This document shows, in pieces, positions 24,612 through 31,180 of a DNA stretch of 31,180 nucleotides. The notes under the pieces are model-generated. The model was not told the DNA's origin and did no database searches. It was given only the letters and a program-made list of their open reading frames with translations. A program made the translations under genes and the position numbers. Position 1 is the first letter of the stretch, and every line of letters begins with the position of its first letter. The stretch is from a virus (Duplodnaviria; Caudoviricetes): the IMG/VR virus record IMGVR_UViG_3300017655_000250, positions 1 through 31,180 of that record. The stretch is one strand, 5' to 3'.

Positions 24612-24769
24612 GCGACGCCCCCTTCCGATTTCTGCTTTTGGATGTGGCATTCGTCGCAGATGTCCATGCCGGTTTCGTTGGTGGCTTCCCCGCAGTCATC
24701 GCAGACCCACCCGTACCCGTTGCACTCGAAGCAATCTTCGTCATTGCTGTCACAAGATGGGCAAATCAT
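24608..24769 (-). CDS. 53-aa protein with four CxxC motifs (not in ORF track)
   Basis: Manual translation MICPSCDSNDEDCFECNGYGWVCDDCGEATNETGMDICDECHIQKQKSEGGVA; ATGA overlap and GGAG upstream, GTGA overlap downstream. Confidence 0.75.
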   Translation of the reverse strand: MICPSCDSNDEDCFECNGYGWVCDDCGEATNETGMDICDECHIQKQKSEGGVA

Positions 24770-24984
24770 GACTGCTCCTTTCCCATAAGCATCTCTGTCA
24801 ATGCTCCGCGCTCATTCTCCAAGCGGAGAGAACGCAGGGCTACTCGTCGCACGTGGTTGTTTCTCAATTTGACCCGAGCGTAGTCACCCGAGATTTCCAG
24901 TACCGTGCCGTACCGTGTGCTGAAGTCGATTGTGCGGACGCCTCTCTTTGTGACTACCCACTTAACTTTATCTCCTGCTTGCAT
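24766..24984 (-). CDS. Small SH3/KOW-like hypothetical protein
   Basis: GDKVKW...GTVLEISGDYARVKL pattern; GAGGGG upstream; TAATG coupling. Confidence 0.6.
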   Translation of the reverse strand: MQAGDKVKWVVTKRGVRTIDFSTRYGTVLEISGDYARVKLRNNHVRRVALRSLRLENERGALTEMLMGKEQS

Positions 24985-25265
24985 TAATTCCCCTCCTTTC
25001 CTTCTGCTTTGGCAATAGCATCAAACGCTGTAGTCATCGGCTCCGCGTGACAGGTCATCCCGTCCACGTCGGTTTCCTCGATGCAGCCAACAAGAGCCTT
25101 CAATGCCTCCAGCATCTCCGGCGCGGAGGCGAAGAGGGTAGCGTCCGCCTCATGCTCGAACAGGGCGATGCGCATCCCGTTCTTAGAGATAACGAAGCTT
25201 CTTCCGCTCCCGGTTAGGGAGGGCCGGATTTCCAACGGCCCCGACGTATGCTTCGGTTTGCTCAC
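24984..25265 (-). CDS. Conserved phage hypothetical protein (HTPGPW/AAPELLEAL type)
   Basis: GTG start in a GTGA overlap; KHTSGPL...ATLFASAPEMLEALK. Confidence 0.7.
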   Translation of the reverse strand: MSKPKHTSGPLEIRPSLTGSGRSFVISKNGMRIALFEHEADATLFASAPEMLEALKALVGCIEETDVDGMTCHAEPMTTAFDAIAKAEGKEGN

Positions 25266-26134
25266 TTCGTCACCTCGCTTTCCACGTCGGCGGGAATCCG
25301 GTAAAGAATGCCCCGACCCGATAGTTCTCCGATCCCACCTGCCGGAATCCACTCTTGCCGCTTGAGGTGGAGGATTCGAGCGCCCGGCGGCACGATCCAG
25401 TCGCGATCACCCCACCGTTCGGTGTAGCCTTCAGTGGCCCGGTCGGCCTGGCCGGATTTGACCCAGTACGGCAATGCTGCAATGGCACCAACGTTCATCC
25501 CTTCGGACTTCATTGGCATCAACAAGCCGACGAAGTTCGGTTCATGGGTAAACCGGATGACAACCGGGGTTTGGCCTTGGTTCGTATCGGTGTGCTCCCA
25601 ATGCTCATGACGCTTGAGCTTTGAAAAGATCATCCCTCGCGCCTGTTCTCCAATTTTAAGGATGGTTCCGACCTTCCCAAAACCACGAACAAGGATCGGG
25701 TCGACTATCGCGCTCCCCAGCGGCTCAACCTCAAACGGAGCAAACACTTGACGCCAATACGGGAAGCCCCCATCGATCAGCTTTCCGAAACTTGCGCACC
25801 CATCATCTCCAGAACGATCGCCTATCGAGATTGAAACATCCATCTTTTTGATGACAATCATAGCTATTGGTGAATAGCCATCCAGTTGATGAAGCCGATC
25901 AACAACGGAGAGCGGCACAATGAACGTTCTCCGCTCGTCTTTCTTGTTCAGCTTGAGCGCTACGCTTCCAATCGGCATCGAGATAACCCCCAATCGCATC
26001 CCATCCGTAGCAACAAGAAACACGTTCGGTTCGGCAATCTCGATCAGTATCCCGCTAAGGGCCGGTCGGCATTTGTCCTTCCGGCAGAGACAGGCGAGTG
26101 CTTTAAGGTAACGGTAAGGAACTGAAAGATTCAT
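25262..26134 (-). CDS. DNA polymerase III beta-clamp-like protein (partial clamp plus extension)
   Basis: Start ATG 26134 (GGAGG SD, ATGA overlap); RPALSGILIE, LVATDGMRL, GGFPYWRQV and VGLLMPMK are DnaN domain II/III-like motifs. Confidence 0.7.
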   Translation of the reverse strand: MNLSVPYRYLKALACLCRKDKCRPALSGILIEIAEPNVFLVATDGMRLGVISMPIGSVALKLNKKDERRTFIVPLSVVDRLHQLDGYSPIAMIVIKKMDVSISIGDRSGDDGCASFGKLIDGGFPYWRQVFAPFEVEPLGSAIVDPILVRGFGKVGTILKIGEQARGMIFSKLKRHEHWEHTDTNQGQTPVVIRFTHEPNFVGLLMPMKSEGMNVGAIAALPYWVKSGQADRATEGYTERWGDRDWIVPPGARILHLKRQEWIPAGGIGELSGRGILYRIPADVESEVTK

Positions 26135-26589
26135 CGTGCAACCTCCTGAATCAAGTCGGTGACCCATTCTTCGACCGGGCCTTTAATTTCATGGGCTGAC
26201 ACGGCGATTCCGGGTGTCGGCCCCCACACTTTCACCAGGCCTTCGGTTGAGACCTGGCCGTCATTCGCAAAGAAGCCCATGTCTTCCATCACGTCAGCGA
26301 AGAGCTTTTCCATGTTGCCCAGGTCGGGCGCGGTGTCTTTGTAGATAATGCTCTCGCGGGTCGCCTTACCCACGCCTTTAAGGTGCGGGAAGACCCATAC
26401 AACAATCAGCTTGACCGGGCCGGCGAGCGGTGTGCGCGGGCGAAAGGGTAGCATTTTCTCTTGAAGGAATGATGTGGCTTCCTTGAGTTCGGGCGTGTCG
26501 ATGTGCATCACGCGGCCACGGGCGAAGATGGTTTTCTTCATCTGCTTCGTGACGCGGGGAGGCGGGCCGGGAATAAAAAATTGAATCAT
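26131..26589 (-). CDS. rusA: RusA-family Holliday junction resolvase
   Basis: Start moved to ATG 26589 (MIQFFIPGPP); PLAGPVKL, PDLGNMEKLFADVM...NDGQV. Confidence 0.85.
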   Translation of the reverse strand: MIQFFIPGPPPRVTKQMKKTIFARGRVMHIDTPELKEATSFLQEKMLPFRPRTPLAGPVKLIVVWVFPHLKGVGKATRESIIYKDTAPDLGNMEKLFADVMEDMGFFANDGQVSTEGLVKVWGPTPGIAVSAHEIKGPVEEWVTDLIQEVAR

Positions 26590-26638
26590 AGGGATGGAGA
26601 GGGCAAGGGATCGGACCTTGCCGGGGTGGTGCGATTGG

Positions 26639-27337
26639 TTAGAACGGGGCGGACGGGCTTTCGTCGAGGTCTTCGGGTTCTTCGTCGATGGGCTCGACCT
26701 TCGTAGAGGCGGACGAAACGTCTTCGGGCTCGTCTTCTTCCGGTGCGGGGTCGGCGTCGGCCTTCGCTTTCGGCTTCCGGGTGCGCTTGGCCTTCGGCTT
26801 CTTCGGCGCGGCTTTTCCTTCCGGGGTCTCCGGTTCCGGCGCTTCGGGTTCGGGTTCGCTTTCCGTCGACTCCACCAACGCGGGAAACTCATTGATCGTC
26901 GTAAATTCCGCATCGACGGCATCGGCGTTCTTGTCTTCGGTGGCCGGGGCATCGGGCTCGTCGTCGAAGTCCATGACGGCTTGTGAGGTCTTGTCGACCT
27001 CGCCTTGAGTCATTTCCTTGACGTAGACGACCTCTCCGGTGTCTGGATGGCGGCAGGTCTTCATGCCTTTCTTCGGGTCGTTGTACGTGACCGGACAATC
27101 ATAGTCCCGGTACTCGATTCCAGAAGTGACCTTGTTCGAAAGGTTGGTGATTTCGGCCTGGCACGCGGAAAGCTTCGCCTTCCATTCGTCCATGACCATC
27201 TTCTTCGATTCCTCAAGGGACTTGAGACGGGTCTGTTCTTCGGCGGCCTTCTTCGCAATATGAAGAAGCTCGTCGTTGGTGAACCTGTATTCCAGGTTCT
27301 TACGTTCAATCGTGCTGGTAGGCAATTCAGTGCTCAT
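26639..27337 (-). CDS. Hypothetical protein (coiled coil, small beta domain, disordered charged tail ending APF)
   Basis: 232-aa ORF with phage-like codon bias. Confidence 0.7.
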   Translation of the reverse strand: MSTELPTSTIERKNLEYRFTNDELLHIAKKAAEEQTRLKSLEESKKMVMDEWKAKLSACQAEITNLSNKVTSGIEYRDYDCPVTYNDPKKGMKTCRHPDTGEVVYVKEMTQGEVDKTSQAVMDFDDEPDAPATEDKNADAVDAEFTTINEFPALVESTESEPEPEAPEPETPEGKAAPKKPKAKRTRKPKAKADADPAPEEDEPEDVSSASTKVEPIDEEPEDLDESPSAPF

Positions 27338-27368
27338 TTAGCTATACTGGTTTCTTGTGGTTGATTGA

Positions 27369-27887
27369 TCAGAAGGGCGCGTCGACCTTTTCGGGCGCGG
27401 GCTTCTGGGGAGTTTTTGCGGCGGGCTTCGCCGGGGCGGCGCTGCCAGCCGCTTTAGCAACGGCTTTCGTTCGACTGTTGAGGCGAGCAATCAAGCTGCT
27501 CACCTTGTCTTGCGAAAGGCGCTCAGCCGCGCGGTTGGGAGAGTTCAAGAACTTGATCTTGATTTTCTCCTTACCTTCGTACTCATCGCTTTCGGTGACA
27601 ATAGAGCACTCCATGCCGGCAAAGGTTTGTTGACCGCCGGCCAGGGCGTTAAGATCGCCGTCCCAGCCGAAGACTTCGTTAAGGTCTTTGACGGTGCGGT
27701 CAATCGTCTTGTCGGAAAGGTAGGCATAGTAAACGCCGGTGTTTCCGTTCTGGTCGCTCCCTTCTTCGTCCACGACAACGGGAATCTGAATGTAGGGGGT
27801 TCCCTTTTCGCTCTCCCCGAGCCAACCGGCTTCGGGTTCGGTGACTTTGCAGCGGAATTTCCCGACTGCATCAATGTATTTGCTCAT
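27369..27887 (-). CDS. Single-stranded DNA-binding protein (DUF669-like)
   Basis: OB-fold-like pattern (SEKGTPYIQI, DEYEGKEKIKIKF), Ala/Pro/Lys linker, DAPF tail; directly after the Sak4-like gene. Confidence 0.75.
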   Translation of the reverse strand: MSKYIDAVGKFRCKVTEPEAGWLGESEKGTPYIQIPVVVDEEGSDQNGNTGVYYAYLSDKTIDRTVKDLNEVFGWDGDLNALAGGQQTFAGMECSIVTESDEYEGKEKIKIKFLNSPNRAAERLSQDKVSSLIARLNSRTKAVAKAAGSAAPAKPAAKTPQKPAPEKVDAPF

Positions 27888-27893
27888 GATGAT

Positions 27894-28826
27894 TTATTCT
27901 TTGTCGACAAGGTTTTGCAGCCACTTCAAGACCTGTTTAAGCTTGTCTTTGGGTTGAGTTTCAATAGTGGCCAGCCAGTTGATTGTTTTCTGCTTCTCCT
28001 CTTCGTCCTTGTAGGTTGCGAGCGGAGCCAGGTTGACAATTTTGTGCCGAAGCTCATCTTCGGTAGGTTCAGCGACCGGCTGGTTGCGATGCTCGTCGAC
28101 CGCCTCCAGGAAAGCGAAGAAGCCGCGATCCTTATCGAGAGGGAGGGTTTCCGGCAGGTTGTAACGGTTCTTCGCATCCCAGCCAGGTGCCCAGCTTGTG
28201 TGCATGATCCGGTCCCCGCCGATTACCTTCTTGTGACCATCGCTATCTTCGGTCTTGAAGGTTTCATAGACGGCGAAGAGGCAAGCATCCGGCCATTCGC
28301 GGAGGATGCCTGTGAAATGTTTGTGACCCTTCATTTCGTACCGGTCGAACGGATCGCCGCCGGGAGGCGTGTGATTCTTGATATGGACGTGCGAAAGAAT
28401 GATGATCGCGATTTTGTGCTTGTGCCGGATGCTATCGAGCTTTGCCAGCAAATCGACCAGTTCCGGCAAGACAATGTTATAGCCTTTCCCGTAACCGTAG
28501 GCTTCGATGTTAGCCTTTTTGTCGCGCTTGCAGCAATGGCCCTGAATCAAGCGTTCGAGCCAGTCAGCGGTGTCAAGTACCAGCGTCTTAAACGCTACCG
28601 TTGCGGCGGCTTCGATGTCGTCCAGGAAACCGACGAGTTCCTTGTAGTCGCCCGGCGTGAACCGGTTGATGTGCTCAAGCCCGGTCAAGCCGTCTTCGGC
28701 TGCAATGAACAGCGGATCGGGAGCGTTCGCGCCGAAGGTAGATTTCCCGATGCCTTCCGGCCCGGAGAGAACCACGCGCGGCGGCAGGTCGACGACTCCT
28801 TTTTTGATCTTGGAAAGGTAGCTCAT
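27894..28826 (-). CDS. Sak4-like ATPase/ssDNA annealing protein (AAA_24)
   Basis: GPEGIGKST, AEDG, VLDTADWLE, GYGKGY, WDAKNR. Confidence 0.88.
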   Translation of the reverse strand: MSYLSKIKKGVVDLPPRVVLSGPEGIGKSTFGANAPDPLFIAAEDGLTGLEHINRFTPGDYKELVGFLDDIEAAATVAFKTLVLDTADWLERLIQGHCCKRDKKANIEAYGYGKGYNIVLPELVDLLAKLDSIRHKHKIAIIILSHVHIKNHTPPGGDPFDRYEMKGHKHFTGILREWPDACLFAVYETFKTEDSDGHKKVIGGDRIMHTSWAPGWDAKNRYNLPETLPLDKDRGFFAFLEAVDEHRNQPVAEPTEDELRHKIVNLAPLATYKDEEEKQKTINWLATIETQPKDKLKQVLKWLQNLVDKE

Positions 28827-29257
28827 TACTCTTCGCCTCCTTCGCCGCTCACGTCGACGCTGTTAAGTTTAAGCATCGCATCAATGGCGATGCTTAAGTC
28901 GGTTTGCTTGCCGGTGACGAGATCGTCGATGATGCGGTTTGCGCGACGGGAAACCTTCCGCTTGATTTCTTCCCTCTGCGATTGATGCAGGTTGTTGGCA
29001 GCCTGGCATCGTTCTTTGAGGTCTCCGAAATCGAACACCTTTTCGATTTCGATATAGCGACGGCCCGACCGTTGATAAGCGCTAAGAATGGCCTCTTTGG
29101 CGCGAAGCTTCGCCGTGCCAGAGTCAATGCGTTTTTCAATTTCGTTGTCGAAATCAGGAACTGGCGGAAGCGCGTTGATGAATTGCCGGGTCTTCGTTTC
29201 AGCGATCTGGTAGATTCGCTCCCTAGCGTATTTAAGTTGGGTTGCTGTAATAGACAT
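28826..29257 (-). CDS. Hypothetical helical protein
   Basis: 143-aa ORF, TAATG-coupled to Sak4 with GAAGGAGG SD in its 3' end. Confidence 0.65.
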   Translation of the reverse strand: MSITATQLKYARERIYQIAETKTRQFINALPPVPDFDNEIEKRIDSGTAKLRAKEAILSAYQRSGRRYIEIEKVFDFGDLKERCQAANNLHQSQREEIKRKVSRRANRIIDDLVTGKQTDLSIAIDAMLKLNSVDVSGEGGEE

Positions 29258-29295
29258 GGTGTTTTCTGTTCTGTTGGTTTGGTGGATTAAAAGGG

Positions 29296-29446
29296 TGCGA
29301 GCGGGCCGGAGTCGAACCGGCCACGGTTAGTACCGCTAGACAGGTCTCCCGCACAAAGCCGATAGCGGGGACACTCCTTTCTTCCTCGGCATAGGTTGCC
29401 GTCATATTTTCGGTTTGCGTGTTGCTCCGCCCACGCCGCCGCTCGC
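29296..29446 (-). ncRNA. tRNA-like structured RNA with a 95-nt insert in place of the anticodon arm
   Basis: 8-bp acceptor GCGAGCGG/CCGCTCGC, D-like arm GCGTG-10 nt-CACGC, canonical T arm GCCGG-TTCGACT-CCGGC. Confidence 0.7.
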
Positions 29447-29560
29447 ATTTTGAAAAGGTCCGGTTTAACCACCCACCGGCAAGGTTCTATGGGTCATGAA
29501 ATCAACACACGTTGAGTTGAGCTTACATATAGATACCCTCCTTTCTTTGTAGTGATGGGA

Positions 29561-29657
29561 TTGATCCGGTGCCCTGCTTTTATTTGGTTACGGGGCGGGT
29601 GGATGAAAATAACTACCGTTTTGCCAGCGGCGCACTATTTACCCATGACCGGATCAA
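29561..29657 (-). ncRNA. Second candidate structured RNA element
   Basis: Perfect 10-bp closing stem TTGATCCGGT/ACCGGATCAA around 77 nt containing imperfect hairpins. Confidence 0.35.
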
Positions 29658-29663
29658 AAGCTG

Positions 29664-30716
29664 TTAGTCGATCATCATCGACCTGAAATAAATTTCAAAC
29701 GCCTTGTGCATGAGCGTTCCGAACCGAAGGGCTTCGCTCTCTTCCTTGGTCGGCTCGATCGGATTTTCGTAGCGGTGATAGTGGTATCTGGCGCACTTGC
29801 GGAGAGCCGTCAAACGGGAGTTTGTCAGAAGCTCTTTCTCTCCCTCTTCCATTTCCAGTTCGCTATGCTTCCGCGCCTTTTGACGGTAGCGGATACCGTC
29901 GACCGATGCCCGCCCGGTGCAAAGTTCGTAGAACTCACACTGGCCGAACATCGAGCACGCGCTCGGGTTCCTGGGCCAGAGGTTTCCCCGGCGGTAGTGA
30001 AGTATTTGCTGGGATTGCGCCCAGGCATCACCCATGTATTCCAGGAGGTCAGCGTCAAGGCGGGGAACCTCACGTTGCGCGAAGTAGGCATCAAGATCGC
30101 CCGTAATCTCTTCTTCGAGCCGTGCGCCGTATTCTTCCGGGGTTTCGGTCTGCGATTGCAAGACGTAACCGTCTGCCGGGCTGGCGCTCTCACGCCACTT
30201 TTTTCCATCCTTTGTCCGCACCCGCTCGCCGTTGGCATCGAGCACGATCTTCACGCCGTCGCTGTCCAGGGTTGGAATCTGTCGGGGGCGCGATCCAGGC
30301 TTTTTGATCACGTCATGAAGCAGGTTTCCGACGTCCAGGCCCCTTTGCTTGAGGGCGAGAATGTACTTGCTGCTTTGCGTGTCCATTGCGAGGCGGTGCC
30401 AATAGTCGCTATCCGGTGCGACGGACTCCGACGTTGTCTTGTGCTCAAGCACAAGGTAGCGATCACTGGCGCGATGCTGCAAAACCGCGTCGATCTTTCC
30501 GCCTTCGTCGAAGGTCTTCGACATGCCTTCGGTCTGCGGGTTGAGGAGCGGAAAACGGAACTCCTCTTCCACGCTGATCACAGCGTAGCCCGCGTACTTT
30601 CCTCGCCACCGGAGATCGTAGCCGACTATCAGCGCGCGAGCCTTGGCAAGATCGTAGTCGAGCGGGAGCGCGTCAAGATGGGCGAGGGCGCGCTCGATTG
30701 GTAGAAGGTTTGACAC
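29664..30716 (-). CDS. PD-(D/E)XK exonuclease, Cas4/AddB-like Fe-S type, circularly permuted (350 aa)
   Basis: GTG start 2 nt after the upstream stop; VEEEF, GKIDAV, LEHKTT, QSSKY, C-x5-C-x5-C; the normally N-terminal LTNSR..CARYHY..ALRFGTLMH motif is at the C-terminus. Confidence 0.85.
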   Translation of the reverse strand: MSNLLPIERALAHLDALPLDYDLAKARALIVGYDLRWRGKYAGYAVISVEEEFRFPLLNPQTEGMSKTFDEGGKIDAVLQHRASDRYLVLEHKTTSESVAPDSDYWHRLAMDTQSSKYILALKQRGLDVGNLLHDVIKKPGSRPRQIPTLDSDGVKIVLDANGERVRTKDGKKWRESASPADGYVLQSQTETPEEYGARLEEEITGDLDAYFAQREVPRLDADLLEYMGDAWAQSQQILHYRRGNLWPRNPSACSMFGQCEFYELCTGRASVDGIRYRQKARKHSELEMEEGEKELLTNSRLTALRKCARYHYHRYENPIEPTKEESEALRFGTLMHKAFEIYFRSMMID

Positions 30717-30718
30717 GG

Positions 30719-31180
30719 TTAGGCTTCCTTTGGTTGATGCACCTTGACGGCGTGCCCGATTTTCGCCTGGAACTCTTCGATCCATTCCAGGGTGAGCTTT
30801 GCAACGGCATTGTTTTCCGGCGTGTTGCCCTTGCGGATCGCGAGGAACCAGCGTTCTGCCGGGCGGCTGGCGTCTGGTGTGATGCCGGGAATGTCATCGT
30901 GCGCGACGCCGGAAACACGAGCGAGTGTTCCGACAAGGCAACAACAATCCCCGAAGTAAGTAGAGCCGTCCACTTCGCCGGCGATCAGCGCGGCCTTGAG
31001 CCCGGCGACTTCGGCGGGGGCGTTGAGGAGGATTTCGAAGAAGTCGCCCTTGATGGCGTAGAGGTTGGCCCTGGAGAGGTTGGCCCTGGAGAGGTTGGCC
31101 CCGGAGAGGTTGGCCCTGGAGAGGTTGGCCCTGGAGAGGTCGGCCCCGGAGAGGTCGGCCCCGGAGAGGTCGGCCCCGGA
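30719..31180 (-). CDS. Pentapeptide-repeat protein (5' truncated by window edge)
   Basis: Open frame from the window end: eight ([15 protein letters not shown]) units, then YAIKGDFF...[19 protein letters not shown]. Confidence 0.9.
   Translation of the reverse strand, partial: SGADLSGADLSGADLSRANLSRANLSGANLSRANLSRANLYAIKGDFFEILLNAPAEVAGLKAALIAGEVDGSTYFGDCCCLVGTLARVSGVAHDDIPGITPDASRPAERWFLAIRKGNTPENNAVAKLTLEWIEEFQAKIGHAVKVHQPKEA
31061..31180. repeat. 15-bp tandem repeat, at least 8 units
   Basis: GAGGT(T/C)GGCCC(T/C)GGA eight times, encoding the pentapeptides. Confidence 0.95.

Larger units (their letters stand above)
1179..31180 (-). mobile_element. Prophage (siphovirus-like, lambda-type head module), extends beyond the right edge
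   Basis: Co-oriented recombination, replication, packaging, head, tail and lysis genes in canonical order, with pervasive ATGA/GTGA overlaps and a tRNA-fragment att boundary. Confidence 0.95.

Noticed and set aside
26602-26622. Hairpin GGCAAGG/CCTTGCC upstream of rusA as a terminator
   Set aside because: No U-tract on either strand; function unsupported.
28570-28577. GTGTCAAG near-match to the late motif in the Sak4 gene
   Set aside because: One mismatch, encodes the conserved LDT motif, and has no ATG at the expected distance.
29287-29472. 61-aa minus-strand ORF
   Set aside because: Overlaps the tRNA-like structure, has no SD or coupling and no protein features; the RNA explanation is stronger.
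31061-31180. CRISPR array near a Cas4-like gene
   Set aside because: Units are contiguous 15-mers with no spacers and encode pentapeptides; no cas1/cas2.

Overview
Most of the window (about 1179 to the right edge, continuing beyond it) is one temperate siphovirus-like prophage encoded entirely on the minus strand. In transcription order (high to low coordinates) it carries: a pentapeptide-repeat gene; a recombination module (PD-(D/E)XK exonuclease, Sak4-like ATPase, DUF669-like SSB, RusA); a replication module (beta-clamp-like protein, SF2 helicase, Pif1-like helicase, primase-helicase, candidate origin); a lambda-like head module (TerS, GpA-type TerL, gpW-like, portal, protease/scaffold, cement, major capsid); a non-contractile tail module; and a five-gene lysis cassette. 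The prophage ends at a tRNA 3'-end fragment (att site, 1179-1204), and an AT-richer secreted-protein gene (1-1098, +) lies outside it. No integrase or repressor is visible, so they presumably lie past 31180. The most notable observations are: (1) a circularly permuted Cas4/AddB-like nuclease; (2) a GTTGACAC motif whose TTGACA sits 14-16 nt before the ATG at five late starts, including a nested scaffold start; (3) a lysis cassette with a lipoprotein-anchored muramidase and a spanin-like pair with inverted order and topology; (4) a tRNA-shaped ncRNA with a 95-nt insert replacing the anticodon arm. All family assignments come from motif recognition by eye, and no database search was run. Many start codons were moved from the ORF track to ATGA/GTGA-coupled starts.
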